Shown: in pieces, positions 1 to 8,251 of the stretch | Layout of the letters: each line of letters starts with the position of its first letter | Position numbering within the stretch: the stretch's first letter is position 1 | From: an uncultured Clostridia bacterium | GTDB lineage: Bacteria; Bacillota; Clostridia; Christensenellales; UBA1242 | Direction: 5' to 3' | Length of the DNA stretch: 64,000 bases | Assembly (NCBI GenBank): GCA_944383385.1 | Contig: CALWPI010000001.1 | Location: forward strand, 1-64,000 | Program-made: the position numbers and the translations under genes | Notes under the pieces: model-generated | Told to the model about the DNA's origin: nothing | Database searches by the model: none | What the model saw: only the letters and a program-made list of their open reading frames with translations

Positions 1-38
1 AAGAGAAAACTAAAAACAAGAAACCTAAGAAAATCTAA
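1..38 (+). CDS. 3' end of an upstream CDS (partial; Lys-rich C-terminus ...EKTKNKKPKKI*)
   Basis: An open frame runs from the window edge to a TAA at 36-38 and is followed by a terminator hairpin. It is too short to identify. Confidence 0.2.
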   Translation, partial: EKTKNKKPKKI

Positions 39-103
39 CTTACAATAAGAAAGAATAGGTAAGTTAGTCTGTTATATGACTTGCTATGAATTGGAAAGAA
101 AAA

Positions 104-133
104 AGTACGCCTTCGCTGGTCGTACTTTTTTTT
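104..133 (+). terminator. Rho-independent terminator
   Basis: Stem agtacg (104-109) pairs with cgtact (121-126), followed by a T-run through 133. Confidence 0.6.
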
Positions 134-256
134 GTTGTGAAAAAACAAAGTCTTATAAGTGACTTTTTATTTGACATTATTTTTGTGCATTTGTAAGGCA
201 TAATATTCCTTTACATGGGAAATAAAAAATGTTATTATTCAAATAAGGAGACAATA

Positions 257-1090
257 ATGAAAGCTAAAAAAATAAGTTTTAGTATAGTTGCAATGTTGGT
301 TGCAATATTTAGTTTTAGTTTTTTACTTTTGGGATGTGGCGGTAAGAAAAATACTGATGTCTTGACTCTAAATGAGGCGAAAGATATCGTTGTCAATTCA
401 CTTGCTATGAACAATAGTCAAACAGCAAAAGTGTTGCTTGCAAATGTTAATGAAGGCAATAGAAATATTTTTGTGAAATTGAATAAGGCCGAGATACAAA
501 TACAAGGAAATTTCGGTTATGGTACAACAATATCTGGTCTTGTTGAGCGTACAGGAGAGAATTGGACAAAATATTTATTGAATGAAGGCAATGTATTTGA
601 TGAATATTATAATGGCGAGTATGCCTATTCTAGATATAATTCTCAAATAGAGACAGAAACTTTTGATAGTTCTTATTTTGGCGTGATTTTGCAGTCTTTT
701 GATTGTGTTTATATTGATTTATTGTTTATTGATGATGCGTGGGACACTATCTACGAAGACGAGGTAGTCAAAACAAATAATGATAATGGATACACTTTGA
801 CAATGGATATCAGCATGCCTAGATATGTAGATTATGTTATGGCAAAATCTGCTGAATTGGGATTAGGTGCTGAAGGACTATTTGGAGAAGGTGAGTATTT
901 GCAACAAAACAAAAATGAGGGCAGTGCTGACTTGATACTAACATTTGACAATAACAATCAAATTTTGGGACTAAATATGTCAATAAAGGCTCTTGGTTTT
1001 GATGGTCAGGAATATTCATTTATCACAACCACAATGAATATTACAAAGACTTCGCAAGATATAATCGCTCCATCATGGATAAATGAATAA
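257..1090 (+). CDS. Hypothetical lipoprotein
   Basis: AGGAG lies 6 nt before the ATG at 257. The N-terminus MKAKKISFSIVAMLVAIFSFSFLLLGCGG is a signal peptide plus lipobox Cys. The track ORF start at 215 lacks an RBS. Confidence 0.6.
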   Translation: MKAKKISFSIVAMLVAIFSFSFLLLGCGGKKNTDVLTLNEAKDIVVNSLAMNNSQTAKVLLANVNEGNRNIFVKLNKAEIQIQGNFGYGTTISGLVERTGENWTKYLLNEGNVFDEYYNGEYAYSRYNSQIETETFDSSYFGVILQSFDCVYIDLLFIDDAWDTIYEDEVVKTNNDNGYTLTMDISMPRYVDYVMAKSAELGLGAEGLFGEGEYLQQNKNEGSADLILTFDNNNQILGLNMSIKALGFDGQEYSFITTTMNITKTSQDIIAPSWINE

Positions 1091-1113
1091 TAAAAAATAT
1101 TGATTATTATAAC

Positions 1114-1142
1114 AAAAAAGACTGGTAAAACAGTCTTTTTTA
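1114..1142. terminator. Bidirectional Rho-independent terminator
   Basis: aagactg / cagtctt hairpin flanked by an A-run and a T-run, sitting between convergent genes. Confidence 0.6.
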
Positions 1143-1221
1143 CATTTGTTAATTGTAATCTTTATTTATAACATACGATAATTGCTATTAATATTTAGTG
1201 AATAAATAGCAATTTAACTAT

Positions 1222-1533
1222 TTATTTTTCAATTACCGTTAGACAACAAGCGCAGTTTCTTTTGCCAGATACTGTTATTCCATTTGCTTTGCAATTGCCT
1301 TTATCATTAAATAGACATTTGCAATTGCATCTAATATTGACATCTTTGTTGTGCCTATATGGGTGTACATCTGGCGCCACCTCAAACATATTTTTGCTCG
1401 CATCTTGTATTTCTTTTTGTGGGTCAATTTTGTATGTCTTACAATTTGCTTTATAGTCCACATTGATTCTCTTTGCCATACACGCATAGTTGTTGTTGTG
1501 AGTACAATACAACTCTTTACATTTCAAATCCAT
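1222..1533 (-). CDS. Small Cys-rich protein, DUF1540-like (two internal C-x4-C...C repeats)
   Basis: AAGGAG lies 5 nt upstream of the ATG at 1533 on the minus strand. Repeat 1 is KCKELYCTHNNNYACMAKRINVD and repeat 2 is RCNCKCLFNDKGNCKANGITVSG, matching the DUF1540 pattern from memory. Confidence 0.45.
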   Translation of the reverse strand: MDLKCKELYCTHNNNYACMAKRINVDYKANCKTYKIDPQKEIQDASKNMFEVAPDVHPYRHNKDVNIRCNCKCLFNDKGNCKANGITVSGKRNCACCLTVIEK

Positions 1534-1596
1534 AACTTTCTCCTTAAATTTATTATTGGTAAAAATAAACAAAATATGCGATTGTTTATAACTCAT

Positions 1597-1625
1597 TTGA
1601 CAAAAGTATAATAAATATATACTAT
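1597..1625 (+). promoter_or_regulatory. Putative sigma-A promoter for rplI (TTGACA-17-TACTAT)
   Basis: TTGACA at 1597-1602, a 17-nt spacer, and TACTAT at 1620-1625, followed by a GAGGAG RBS and the ATG at 1643. Confidence 0.35.
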
Positions 1626-1642
1626 AATTATGAGGAGCAAAT

Positions 1643-2089
1643 ATGAAAGTAGTATTACTAAAAGATATAAAGGGAACAGGTAAAGCAGGACAAGTTGTTG
1701 AAGTGTCGAGTGGATACGCAACAAATTATCTATTTCCAAACAAACTTGCCAAGGCTGGCACAACAGGTGCATTACAGGAAGCAAAAAATGCAAACGATAG
1801 CAAAAATTATCATGCTGAACAAGAAAGGTTGAGGGCCGTAGAAAGTGGAAACAAATTGAAAGATTTTGTATGTAATGTCGAAGTAAAGTGTGGTGCAAAT
1901 GGCAAAATATTTGGCAGTGTCACAAGTAAAGAAGTGGCGAGTGATATAGAAAAGAGATTGGGACTAATCGTTGATAAAAAGAAAATTGAATTGCCAAATA
2001 TCAAAGATTTGGGCACATATGTTGCAAAGGTAAAGTTACATCCAACAGTAGTTGTCAAAGTAATGGTCAACGTGCTTGGTATGAAATAA
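1643..2089 (+). CDS. rplI: 50S ribosomal protein L9
   Basis: MKVVLLKDIKGTGKAGQVVEVSSGYATNYLFPNKLAK is a canonical L9 N-terminal domain. Confidence 0.9.
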   Translation: MKVVLLKDIKGTGKAGQVVEVSSGYATNYLFPNKLAKAGTTGALQEAKNANDSKNYHAEQERLRAVESGNKLKDFVCNVEVKCGANGKIFGSVTSKEVASDIEKRLGLIVDKKKIELPNIKDLGTYVAKVKLHPTVVVKVMVNVLGMK

Positions 2090-2092
2090 AAT

Positions 2093-2118
2093 AAACGCTA
2101 CAATTTGTAGCGTTTTTT
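2093..2118. terminator. Rho-independent terminator (bidirectional)
   Basis: aacgctaca / tgtagcgtt hairpin followed by a T-run, located between rplI and the convergent peptidase gene. Confidence 0.65.
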
Positions 2119-2138
2119 TAATGAGTTTTTCATTCAAA

Positions 2139-2861
2139 TTATTCTCGTCTGCTATTTGACAAAATAACAATCAAAAATCTTGCTAGTTCAAGAATGGATA
2201 CTAGTAGGGCGGCAAGATATGTGAGTGCTGCTGCTTTTAGTACGGCTTTTGCACCCGATAATTCTTCTTGGTCCAAAAATTCTCCACCTTCAAGTATTCT
2301 TATTGCACGATTGCTTGCATTATATTCACTAAATAATGTGAACACATTAAATAATACTGCACTACCAAAGAAAACTACTCCTGCCCATAAGAATATTGAA
2401 CCTATGATGCTGTTAGGTATAAATACAAAATTGAATAATAATCCAATAACAATCAGTGGCCAAAGTACAACAGAAGAAAAATTGCAAATAGGAACGATTA
2501 TATTCCTAAGTTTGGCCGGTGCATAATTTGTATGATGTTGTATTGCATGTCCAACTTCGTGACAAGCAATGCCAATTGCCGCAACACTTGTGCTATTTAT
2601 GACATCGCTCGAAAGGGAAACAATGTCTGTTTTTGGATTGTAGTTGTCAGTCAAATGACCACTAGTTTGTTGAATTGCGACTTGTTTTAGTCCTGCACTA
2701 TCAAGTACTGCACGCGCAATTTGCATTGCAGTCAAATTGCCTTTGCTGTGGACTTTGCTGTATTTCGAATAAGTAGATTGCACTCTGGATTGCGCATATA
2801 TTGCAAGCAATATTGCAGGCAATAGTATTATGCCAAGTACATAATATTCCCAATATAACAT
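2139..2861 (-). CDS. Membrane Zn-dependent metallopeptidase (putative neutral zinc metallopeptidase family, PF04298-like)
   Basis: HEVGH zinc motif (GIACHEVGHAIQHHTNYAPAKLRN), an N-terminal TM segment plus C-terminal TM segments, and the SxxAAxGIAxHExGHAxQ signature. Confidence 0.65.
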   Translation of the reverse strand: MLYWEYYVLGIILLPAILLAIYAQSRVQSTYSKYSKVHSKGNLTAMQIARAVLDSAGLKQVAIQQTSGHLTDNYNPKTDIVSLSSDVINSTSVAAIGIACHEVGHAIQHHTNYAPAKLRNIIVPICNFSSVVLWPLIVIGLLFNFVFIPNSIIGSIFLWAGVVFFGSAVLFNVFTLFSEYNASNRAIRILEGGEFLDQEELSGAKAVLKAAALTYLAALLVSILELARFLIVILSNSRRE

Positions 2862-2869
2862 ATTTTACC

Positions 2870-3604
2870 TCAATTTTTTTTGCTAAATGGTGCTACAAAA
2901 AATTTCTTTAATTTTTTTGGCAAAATTATAAATCCGCTAAATAATCCAGCGACATAAGTAAGGGCAGCCGCCTTCAACAATTTTTTGATGCTACCAAGTT
3001 CTCTATTTGACACCAATTTATTATCAATAAGCATTTTTAGGGCACGGTCACTTGCATTATATTCGAGTGGTATTGTTGCTAGTTTTAACGCAATATGAAA
3101 AATAAAGAGTGATATACTAACATACAAACAAATCTCGCCAATGTTATAATAGTGCAAATTGAATAGTGTCATAATCATGCCGACTATAAACAATGGTATG
3201 ATAAACAAATTAGTAATGCGAGTGATTTTTTGTAATATATAAGTGAGATGAAAAAGTTGATTATTTGTTTTGTGTTGCAATGCATGTCCAAATTCGTGTG
3301 AGACAATACCCAGACTTGCAACGCTAGTATTATATGCAACTTCGTCACTCATTACCAAAAGTTTCTTTTTTGGCACATAACAATCACTTAATGGCACTTC
3401 GCTGTGCGCTAATGACAAATAGTCCATATCATATACTTGTTTGTAATATATTGCAAGGTCGCTTCCTGTCATTTCTGCTGTGTTTTGTACTTTGCTATAT
3501 TTTGCGTAAACACGATATATTTTATTACGTGATACAAGTACAGCAAATATCAAAACGGCGAGCACACATAAACATATAATTAGTACTGTCATATTATTCT
3601 CCAA
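2870..3604 (-). CDS. Membrane Zn-dependent metallopeptidase, paralog of the adjacent gene
   Basis: HEFGH motif (SVASLGIVSHEFGHALQHKTNN) with the same architecture as the 2139-2861 protein. The two are tandem duplicates 8 nt apart. Confidence 0.65.
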   Translation of the reverse strand: MENNMTVLIICLCVLAVLIFAVLVSRNKIYRVYAKYSKVQNTAEMTGSDLAIYYKQVYDMDYLSLAHSEVPLSDCYVPKKKLLVMSDEVAYNTSVASLGIVSHEFGHALQHKTNNQLFHLTYILQKITRITNLFIIPLFIVGMIMTLFNLHYYNIGEICLYVSISLFIFHIALKLATIPLEYNASDRALKMLIDNKLVSNRELGSIKKLLKAAALTYVAGLFSGFIILPKKLKKFFVAPFSKKN

Positions 3605-3656
3605 TAAATATTGATATATTTATTGTACTATTATATTATACCAATTGTAAAACAAA

Positions 3657-4607
3657 TTAAACAATTTCATTGATATCTAGTATTTTATTGTTTTCAACAG
3701 TGAAATCGTATTTTTGATATTTCTCATTTTTTATTGTGTAATAGAAGTGGTTTTTATTTTGTGTATATGGGTCGGGAAAAATAGACTGTATTTTGCCAAA
3801 ATATTCTTTTAGTTTGTCATCACTAGCATTAGCTATTTGTGGGGCAAGCAGACTTTTTGCATGTTTTATATTATCAGCTTTTATGCACATCAAAAGTGCG
3901 TATGGGACAAGTTGATTATCTGTCACATCATATGCTTTTTTATTGCGATATATTGGATAAGACTCACATTCCATGTTGGAGGTTGTGTCATAATTGCACA
4001 CAATACCTTGCCCCACCAAATCATCTAAATATTGTAGTGTGCGAATAATATTTTTTTGCACATTTATATGGTCGCAGATATAGTTTTGCTTGATAGTGTA
4101 GTCGTTTGTGTCTATACACATAAAATGATATTTGTTATCTTTTTTTGATATGCATACAAGAGTTTTTCCAAACAAACTACACTCGATATCATCATAAGGA
4201 GCAATATCATAAGAAAATTTTGGATGATTATTATCAAAGATAGAAAGGGTGGACACACAGTTTTTGTCTTTGCCTATTATGCTTATAAACAACTTGCCAA
4301 TTATAATACTATAAAGAATTTTTTCCATACATCTGTCACGATAACGTATTGGATGATAGTAACAGTCATAATGTCTATTCATATAAGGTATGCACTCAAT
4401 ATATTCGTTATCACAACATGGAGTGTTGCATAGGTCGTAAAAACACATTGCTTGTGACAACATGTTGGGAGTTGAGAATGTGACATACATTTTGTCTTTT
4501 TGAGGTATGATATCAACACAATTTTCTTTGTTGCAAATGCCAGCCATTTGACCATCTATATGTATTATTGTGTCGTAATCTGCTCTAAAATGAATTATGT
4601 TTTTCAT
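3657..4607 (-). CDS. Hypothetical Cys/Tyr/Asn-rich protein (316 aa), no recognisable family
   Basis: Long ORF with multiple clustered Cys (CNKENC, CFYDLCNTPCCDNEYIEC, CYYHP...). No recognisable motif. Confidence 0.45.
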   Translation of the reverse strand: MKNIIHFRADYDTIIHIDGQMAGICNKENCVDIIPQKDKMYVTFSTPNMLSQAMCFYDLCNTPCCDNEYIECIPYMNRHYDCYYHPIRYRDRCMEKILYSIIIGKLFISIIGKDKNCVSTLSIFDNNHPKFSYDIAPYDDIECSLFGKTLVCISKKDNKYHFMCIDTNDYTIKQNYICDHINVQKNIIRTLQYLDDLVGQGIVCNYDTTSNMECESYPIYRNKKAYDVTDNQLVPYALLMCIKADNIKHAKSLLAPQIANASDDKLKEYFGKIQSIFPDPYTQNKNHFYYTIKNEKYQKYDFTVENNKILDINEIV

Positions 4608-4690
4608 AAAATCTCCTACTTGTTATATATATGACAATTGATATGAATATAGACCATGCGCCATTGTCAATAATTGTGTATGGAGGATAT

Positions 4691-5011
4691 ATGGATATAC
4701 ACGAGTGGGTAGAAAAGTCTAAAAAGGCAGGGGACAGCGTGACCGTTGCCATAAAAAATTATGCAGTACTAAACAATATTAGTATTTATCAAGCAAGAAA
4801 AATGTATTACAAAAAACAAGCAACTATAATCGAATTTCCACATAACGAATTATTATCAATAGAAGACCTTATGGATTTGACGTGTGGACTTGTAAAATTG
4901 GCTGTCAAAAATACAACTTTGCAAGTAGAAGAAAAATACAAAAAAATTGTGAAAGAATTGAAAGACGAACTTCAAACTTATAAATCAAAAGAATTGTCAT
5001 GCAAGTTGTGA
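4691..5011 (+). CDS. Hypothetical small protein (106 aa), possible HTH-like segment
   Basis: GGAGGA lies 5 nt before the ATG at 4691 (MDIHEWVEK...). It is divergent from the Cys-rich gene. The segment AVLNNISIYQARKMY is weakly HTH-like. Confidence 0.35.
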   Translation: MDIHEWVEKSKKAGDSVTVAIKNYAVLNNISIYQARKMYYKKQATIIEFPHNELLSIEDLMDLTCGLVKLAVKNTTLQVEEKYKKIVKELKDELQTYKSKELSCKL

Positions 5012-5049
5012 CAAAAATATTTTATATTTATATTATTTATATTATATTT

Positions 5050-5077
5050 TTACATTTTTAGCATATTTTGTTACAAT
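5050..5077 (+). promoter_or_regulatory. Putative extended -10 promoter for addBA (TTACAT-16-TGtTACAAT)
   Basis: TTACAT at 5050-5055, TGt at 5069-5071 and TACAAT at 5072-5077, placed 19 nt before the addB ATG region. Confidence 0.35.
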
Positions 5078-5095
5078 AGTGTGTAAGGGAAAAAT

Positions 5096-8000
5096 ATGCT
5101 ACAAATTTTTTATGATAAACACATTTATAATGCTACCATTGAGACACTAAAATCAATAAAGCGTAGCCAGGGTGTAAATCACATTGTCTTGACACCAGAT
5201 AGAATGAATCAGAATATTCAAAATATCATTTTTGATGTTTTGGGTGCTGATAGTCTTTTTGATGTTGATGTGACAACGTTATCACGACTAGCAAACAAAG
5301 TGATTGATGAGAATAATATGAGCAAAACTGTTTTGTCAAAAGCAGGTGGCATTGCAATAGTGCGTTCTATTATACAATCACATAGTGATGAATTTAGTGT
5401 ATTTGCAAAACAAAAAAATGGTGCAAGTAGCATTTATGACACAATTGCACAATTTAAGAGTTGCAATGTGACCCCTGCAATGATCAAAGAAAAAACGTCT
5501 AGTGATATGTTAAATAGTAAACTAGATGACATTGCTAAAATTTATGAATATTATGAAGAGTATTTGCAGGGAGAGTTTACGGATAGTTTCAATAGACTAC
5601 GACTATTTTGTGAACTAACCAAACGCATTGATTACAAAAATACATATTTTTATTTTGTGGGATTTAGTGAACTGACTAATTTGCAATTTGACGTAATATT
5701 TGCACTAGAAAAGGCAAGTCGTGGAGTGTTTGTATCCACTATTTATGACAAGGGTAATAATATTTGTCCAAATAATACACACATAAACTTACTCGACTAT
5801 GCAAGGGTAAACAATATTCCATTTATTAGCACGCCGTCCAAAATTTTTTTGCCACAACCAGCAAATGCAATTTTGAGTGCGTGGAATAGTAATGGTATAA
5901 AGAAGGCAATAGATATCACTGTTGGTTGTGGTATTACCACGCAAGACGAGATTGAGTACGTTGCACGTTATATAAAACAAGAAGTAATGAAGGGTAATCG
6001 ATTCAAAGATTATGTTGTCTTGTGTAGCAATATTGCAAAATACAAAGATGATATTATAAAAACTTTTGACAAATACAATTTACCACATTTTGTTGACATT
6101 GCAACACCACTTGCAGACACTTGTGGTATAGGTTTTTTGTTACAAATTTTTGATACAATAAAATCGAATTTTGACACTAGTGATATACTCAATCTTTTGA
6201 GTAATATTTATTTGAAATACGATAGAGAAAAATTAAATGATTTTGCTAATTATTGTGAAAAATACGATATATCTTTTGGTGTAATGAGCAATACAGGCAT
6301 CAAAGAAAAATATGGGGATGCAATAGATAGACTTTTGCCTATCTACAATTTTGCAAAGACAAAAAGTTCAAAATTTGGTGATATTAATAACGAGTTTAGA
6401 CAACTGCTAGTTGATTTGGAGTGGGAAAACGCCACTAATGACATTGTTGAACAATATATTAATAGCGAACAATTTGACAAAAGCCGAGAACTGGCTCAAA
6501 TTGTGACAAAACTTTATAATTTATTAGACGAATTAGACAAGGTAATATATGATTACGAGTGCGACGTTCAAGAATATTTTGATATTTTGAAATCTTGTAT
6601 AAATGATATGTCAGTGTCAATACCACCAGTCGTATATGATACGATTATGATTGGAGATATTACAACAAGTAGCACGTTAGTAACGCCAAATCTTATTGTG
6701 CTTGGCGCAATAGAAGGCGAAATGCCTGCATATAAAATGGACCTTGGTATAATAAGTGATATTGATGTGCAAAAATTGTCTTTTAGTTCACTAATCAATC
6801 CAACCATAGCACTAATAAATAAGAGAAATAAATATAAAAACATTATGAATGTGCTGATGTTTAGCAACAGCCTGCTTGTGACTTATCCTTCTATTGATAG
6901 CGAGGGCAAACCTTCACAAATTAGTGCAATCTTGGCAAGAGTTATGGATATTGCCACATTCAAGTTTGTAAATATTGCAAACGAACTTTCGTTATATGAA
7001 GACAACATTTTGGATGAAGAAAAAATAGTTTATCACAATTTGAGTCTTGCCCAAAGCAAGAAAAATTTTGTGTCAACTATCAATAGTTTGGTCAACAAAG
7101 ATGGTCAAAACGTCTATTATGGCACGCTCAAAAAAGTCTTGGGCAGTAGTGCAAAAATTTATGAAGATAGCAATATAAGAACTGGAAATGAAAAAATTAG
7201 TGATGGGCAAAAATTATATTTTTCATCTCATGCAAGCGTTAGCCAATTTGAAAATTATTTTGGTTGTCCATATCGACATTTTGTAAGTAACGGACTGAAA
7301 CTAAAAGAAAAAGAAAGCAATAAAATTGATGCAAGAATGCTTGGCAATATTATTCACGCATTTGTCTATTATGTCGTACCAAAAATTGAAGAAAACAAAA
7401 TTGGTCACTATACAAAAGCTGAAATAGAAAGTTTGTCTCAAAAGACCATTGATTTTGTGTTTGAAAAGTACAAAGATTATTGTGAAGATGTCAACAATGA
7501 AAATAATATTTTGTCATTGAGACTCGAAGCAAAAAATGTTTTGACTGCAATACTGCAACAATTTGAATTGTCAACATATCGCACAAACAAAAATTTGTTA
7601 GAATATGAATTTGGCCCAAAACAAAATAACAGTATTGAATTAAAGACAAAATACAAAACAGTGCATGTTATGGGTAAAGTTGATAGAATTGACACTCTGG
7701 GCAATACATTTAGAATCATTGATTATAAAACGGGCAAAAGCGAATTTTCGTATGATGAAATTGCAAATGGCAAAAAATTGCAATTAGTCTTCTATTTATA
7801 CGCAATACAAAAGATACTGAACATGCGTCCATGTGGTGCGTTTTATATGTCAATAAAAAATGATTATGTCAAACCTAGTGAGAAAAAATCCCCAAGTCGT
7901 CTTGATGGATTTTATGTCAAAGATAAAAATGATATATTAAATATGGATAGTTCAGTCAGCCAGAGTACAACAGGCAAAATAATTGATGCCAAATTCACTT

Positions 8001-8251
8001 CAAAGGGTGGTATTAGAAAAAATAAAAAGGCACTTGAACCTGAAAAAATCGAAAAACTATGTCAATATGTTTTGGATATGATGACAACGGCAAGCGAAAA
8101 TATTTTGAGTGGAGACATATCTCATACCCCATTGAAAAGTGGAGACAAAAGCGAATGTGAATGGTGTAAATACAAGGGTATGTGTCCATACATTAGTCCA
8201 CGACAGGGAGTAAAAGGAGGGGAGAAAGTAATATTTGATGAAGACGAATAA
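5096..8251 (+). CDS. addB: ATP-dependent helicase/deoxyribonuclease subunit B (AddB/RexB)
   Basis: At 1051 aa it sits directly upstream of the UvrD-like addA. The C-terminus has a RecB-family nuclease motif (IIDYKTGK) and a 4-Cys Fe-S staple (GCPYRHF...CEWCKYKGMCPY). Confidence 0.8.
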   Translation: MLQIFYDKHIYNATIETLKSIKRSQGVNHIVLTPDRMNQNIQNIIFDVLGADSLFDVDVTTLSRLANKVIDENNMSKTVLSKAGGIAIVRSIIQSHSDEFSVFAKQKNGASSIYDTIAQFKSCNVTPAMIKEKTSSDMLNSKLDDIAKIYEYYEEYLQGEFTDSFNRLRLFCELTKRIDYKNTYFYFVGFSELTNLQFDVIFALEKASRGVFVSTIYDKGNNICPNNTHINLLDYARVNNIPFISTPSKIFLPQPANAILSAWNSNGIKKAIDITVGCGITTQDEIEYVARYIKQEVMKGNRFKDYVVLCSNIAKYKDDIIKTFDKYNLPHFVDIATPLADTCGIGFLLQIFDTIKSNFDTSDILNLLSNIYLKYDREKLNDFANYCEKYDISFGVMSNTGIKEKYGDAIDRLLPIYNFAKTKSSKFGDINNEFRQLLVDLEWENATNDIVEQYINSEQFDKSRELAQIVTKLYNLLDELDKVIYDYECDVQEYFDILKSCINDMSVSIPPVVYDTIMIGDITTSSTLVTPNLIVLGAIEGEMPAYKMDLGIISDIDVQKLSFSSLINPTIALINKRNKYKNIMNVLMFSNSLLVTYPSIDSEGKPSQISAILARVMDIATFKFVNIANELSLYEDNILDEEKIVYHNLSLAQSKKNFVSTINSLVNKDGQNVYYGTLKKVLGSSAKIYEDSNIRTGNEKISDGQKLYFSSHASVSQFENYFGCPYRHFVSNGLKLKEKESNKIDARMLGNIIHAFVYYVVPKIEENKIGHYTKAEIESLSQKTIDFVFEKYKDYCEDVNNENNILSLRLEAKNVLTAILQQFELSTYRTNKNLLEYEFGPKQNNSIELKTKYKTVHVMGKVDRIDTLGNTFRIIDYKTGKSEFSYDEIANGKKLQLVFYLYAIQKILNMRPCGAFYMSIKNDYVKPSEKKSPSRLDGFYVKDKNDILNMDSSVSQSTTGKIIDAKFTSKGGIRKNKKALEPEKIEKLCQYVLDMMTTASENILSGDISHTPLKSGDKSECEWCKYKGMCPYISPRQGVKGGEKVIFDEDE

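Noticed and set aside
215-256. Upstream ATG start for the first lipoprotein
   Set aside because: The RBS AGGAG sits before the ATG at 257, and the signal peptide begins there.
1180-1214. 10-bp inverted repeat AATTGCTATT-N15-AATAGCAATT
   Set aside because: It is located just 3' of the minus-strand Cys-rich gene and is most simply a weak terminator or stem-loop. It has no T-run, so confidence is too low to call a terminator.
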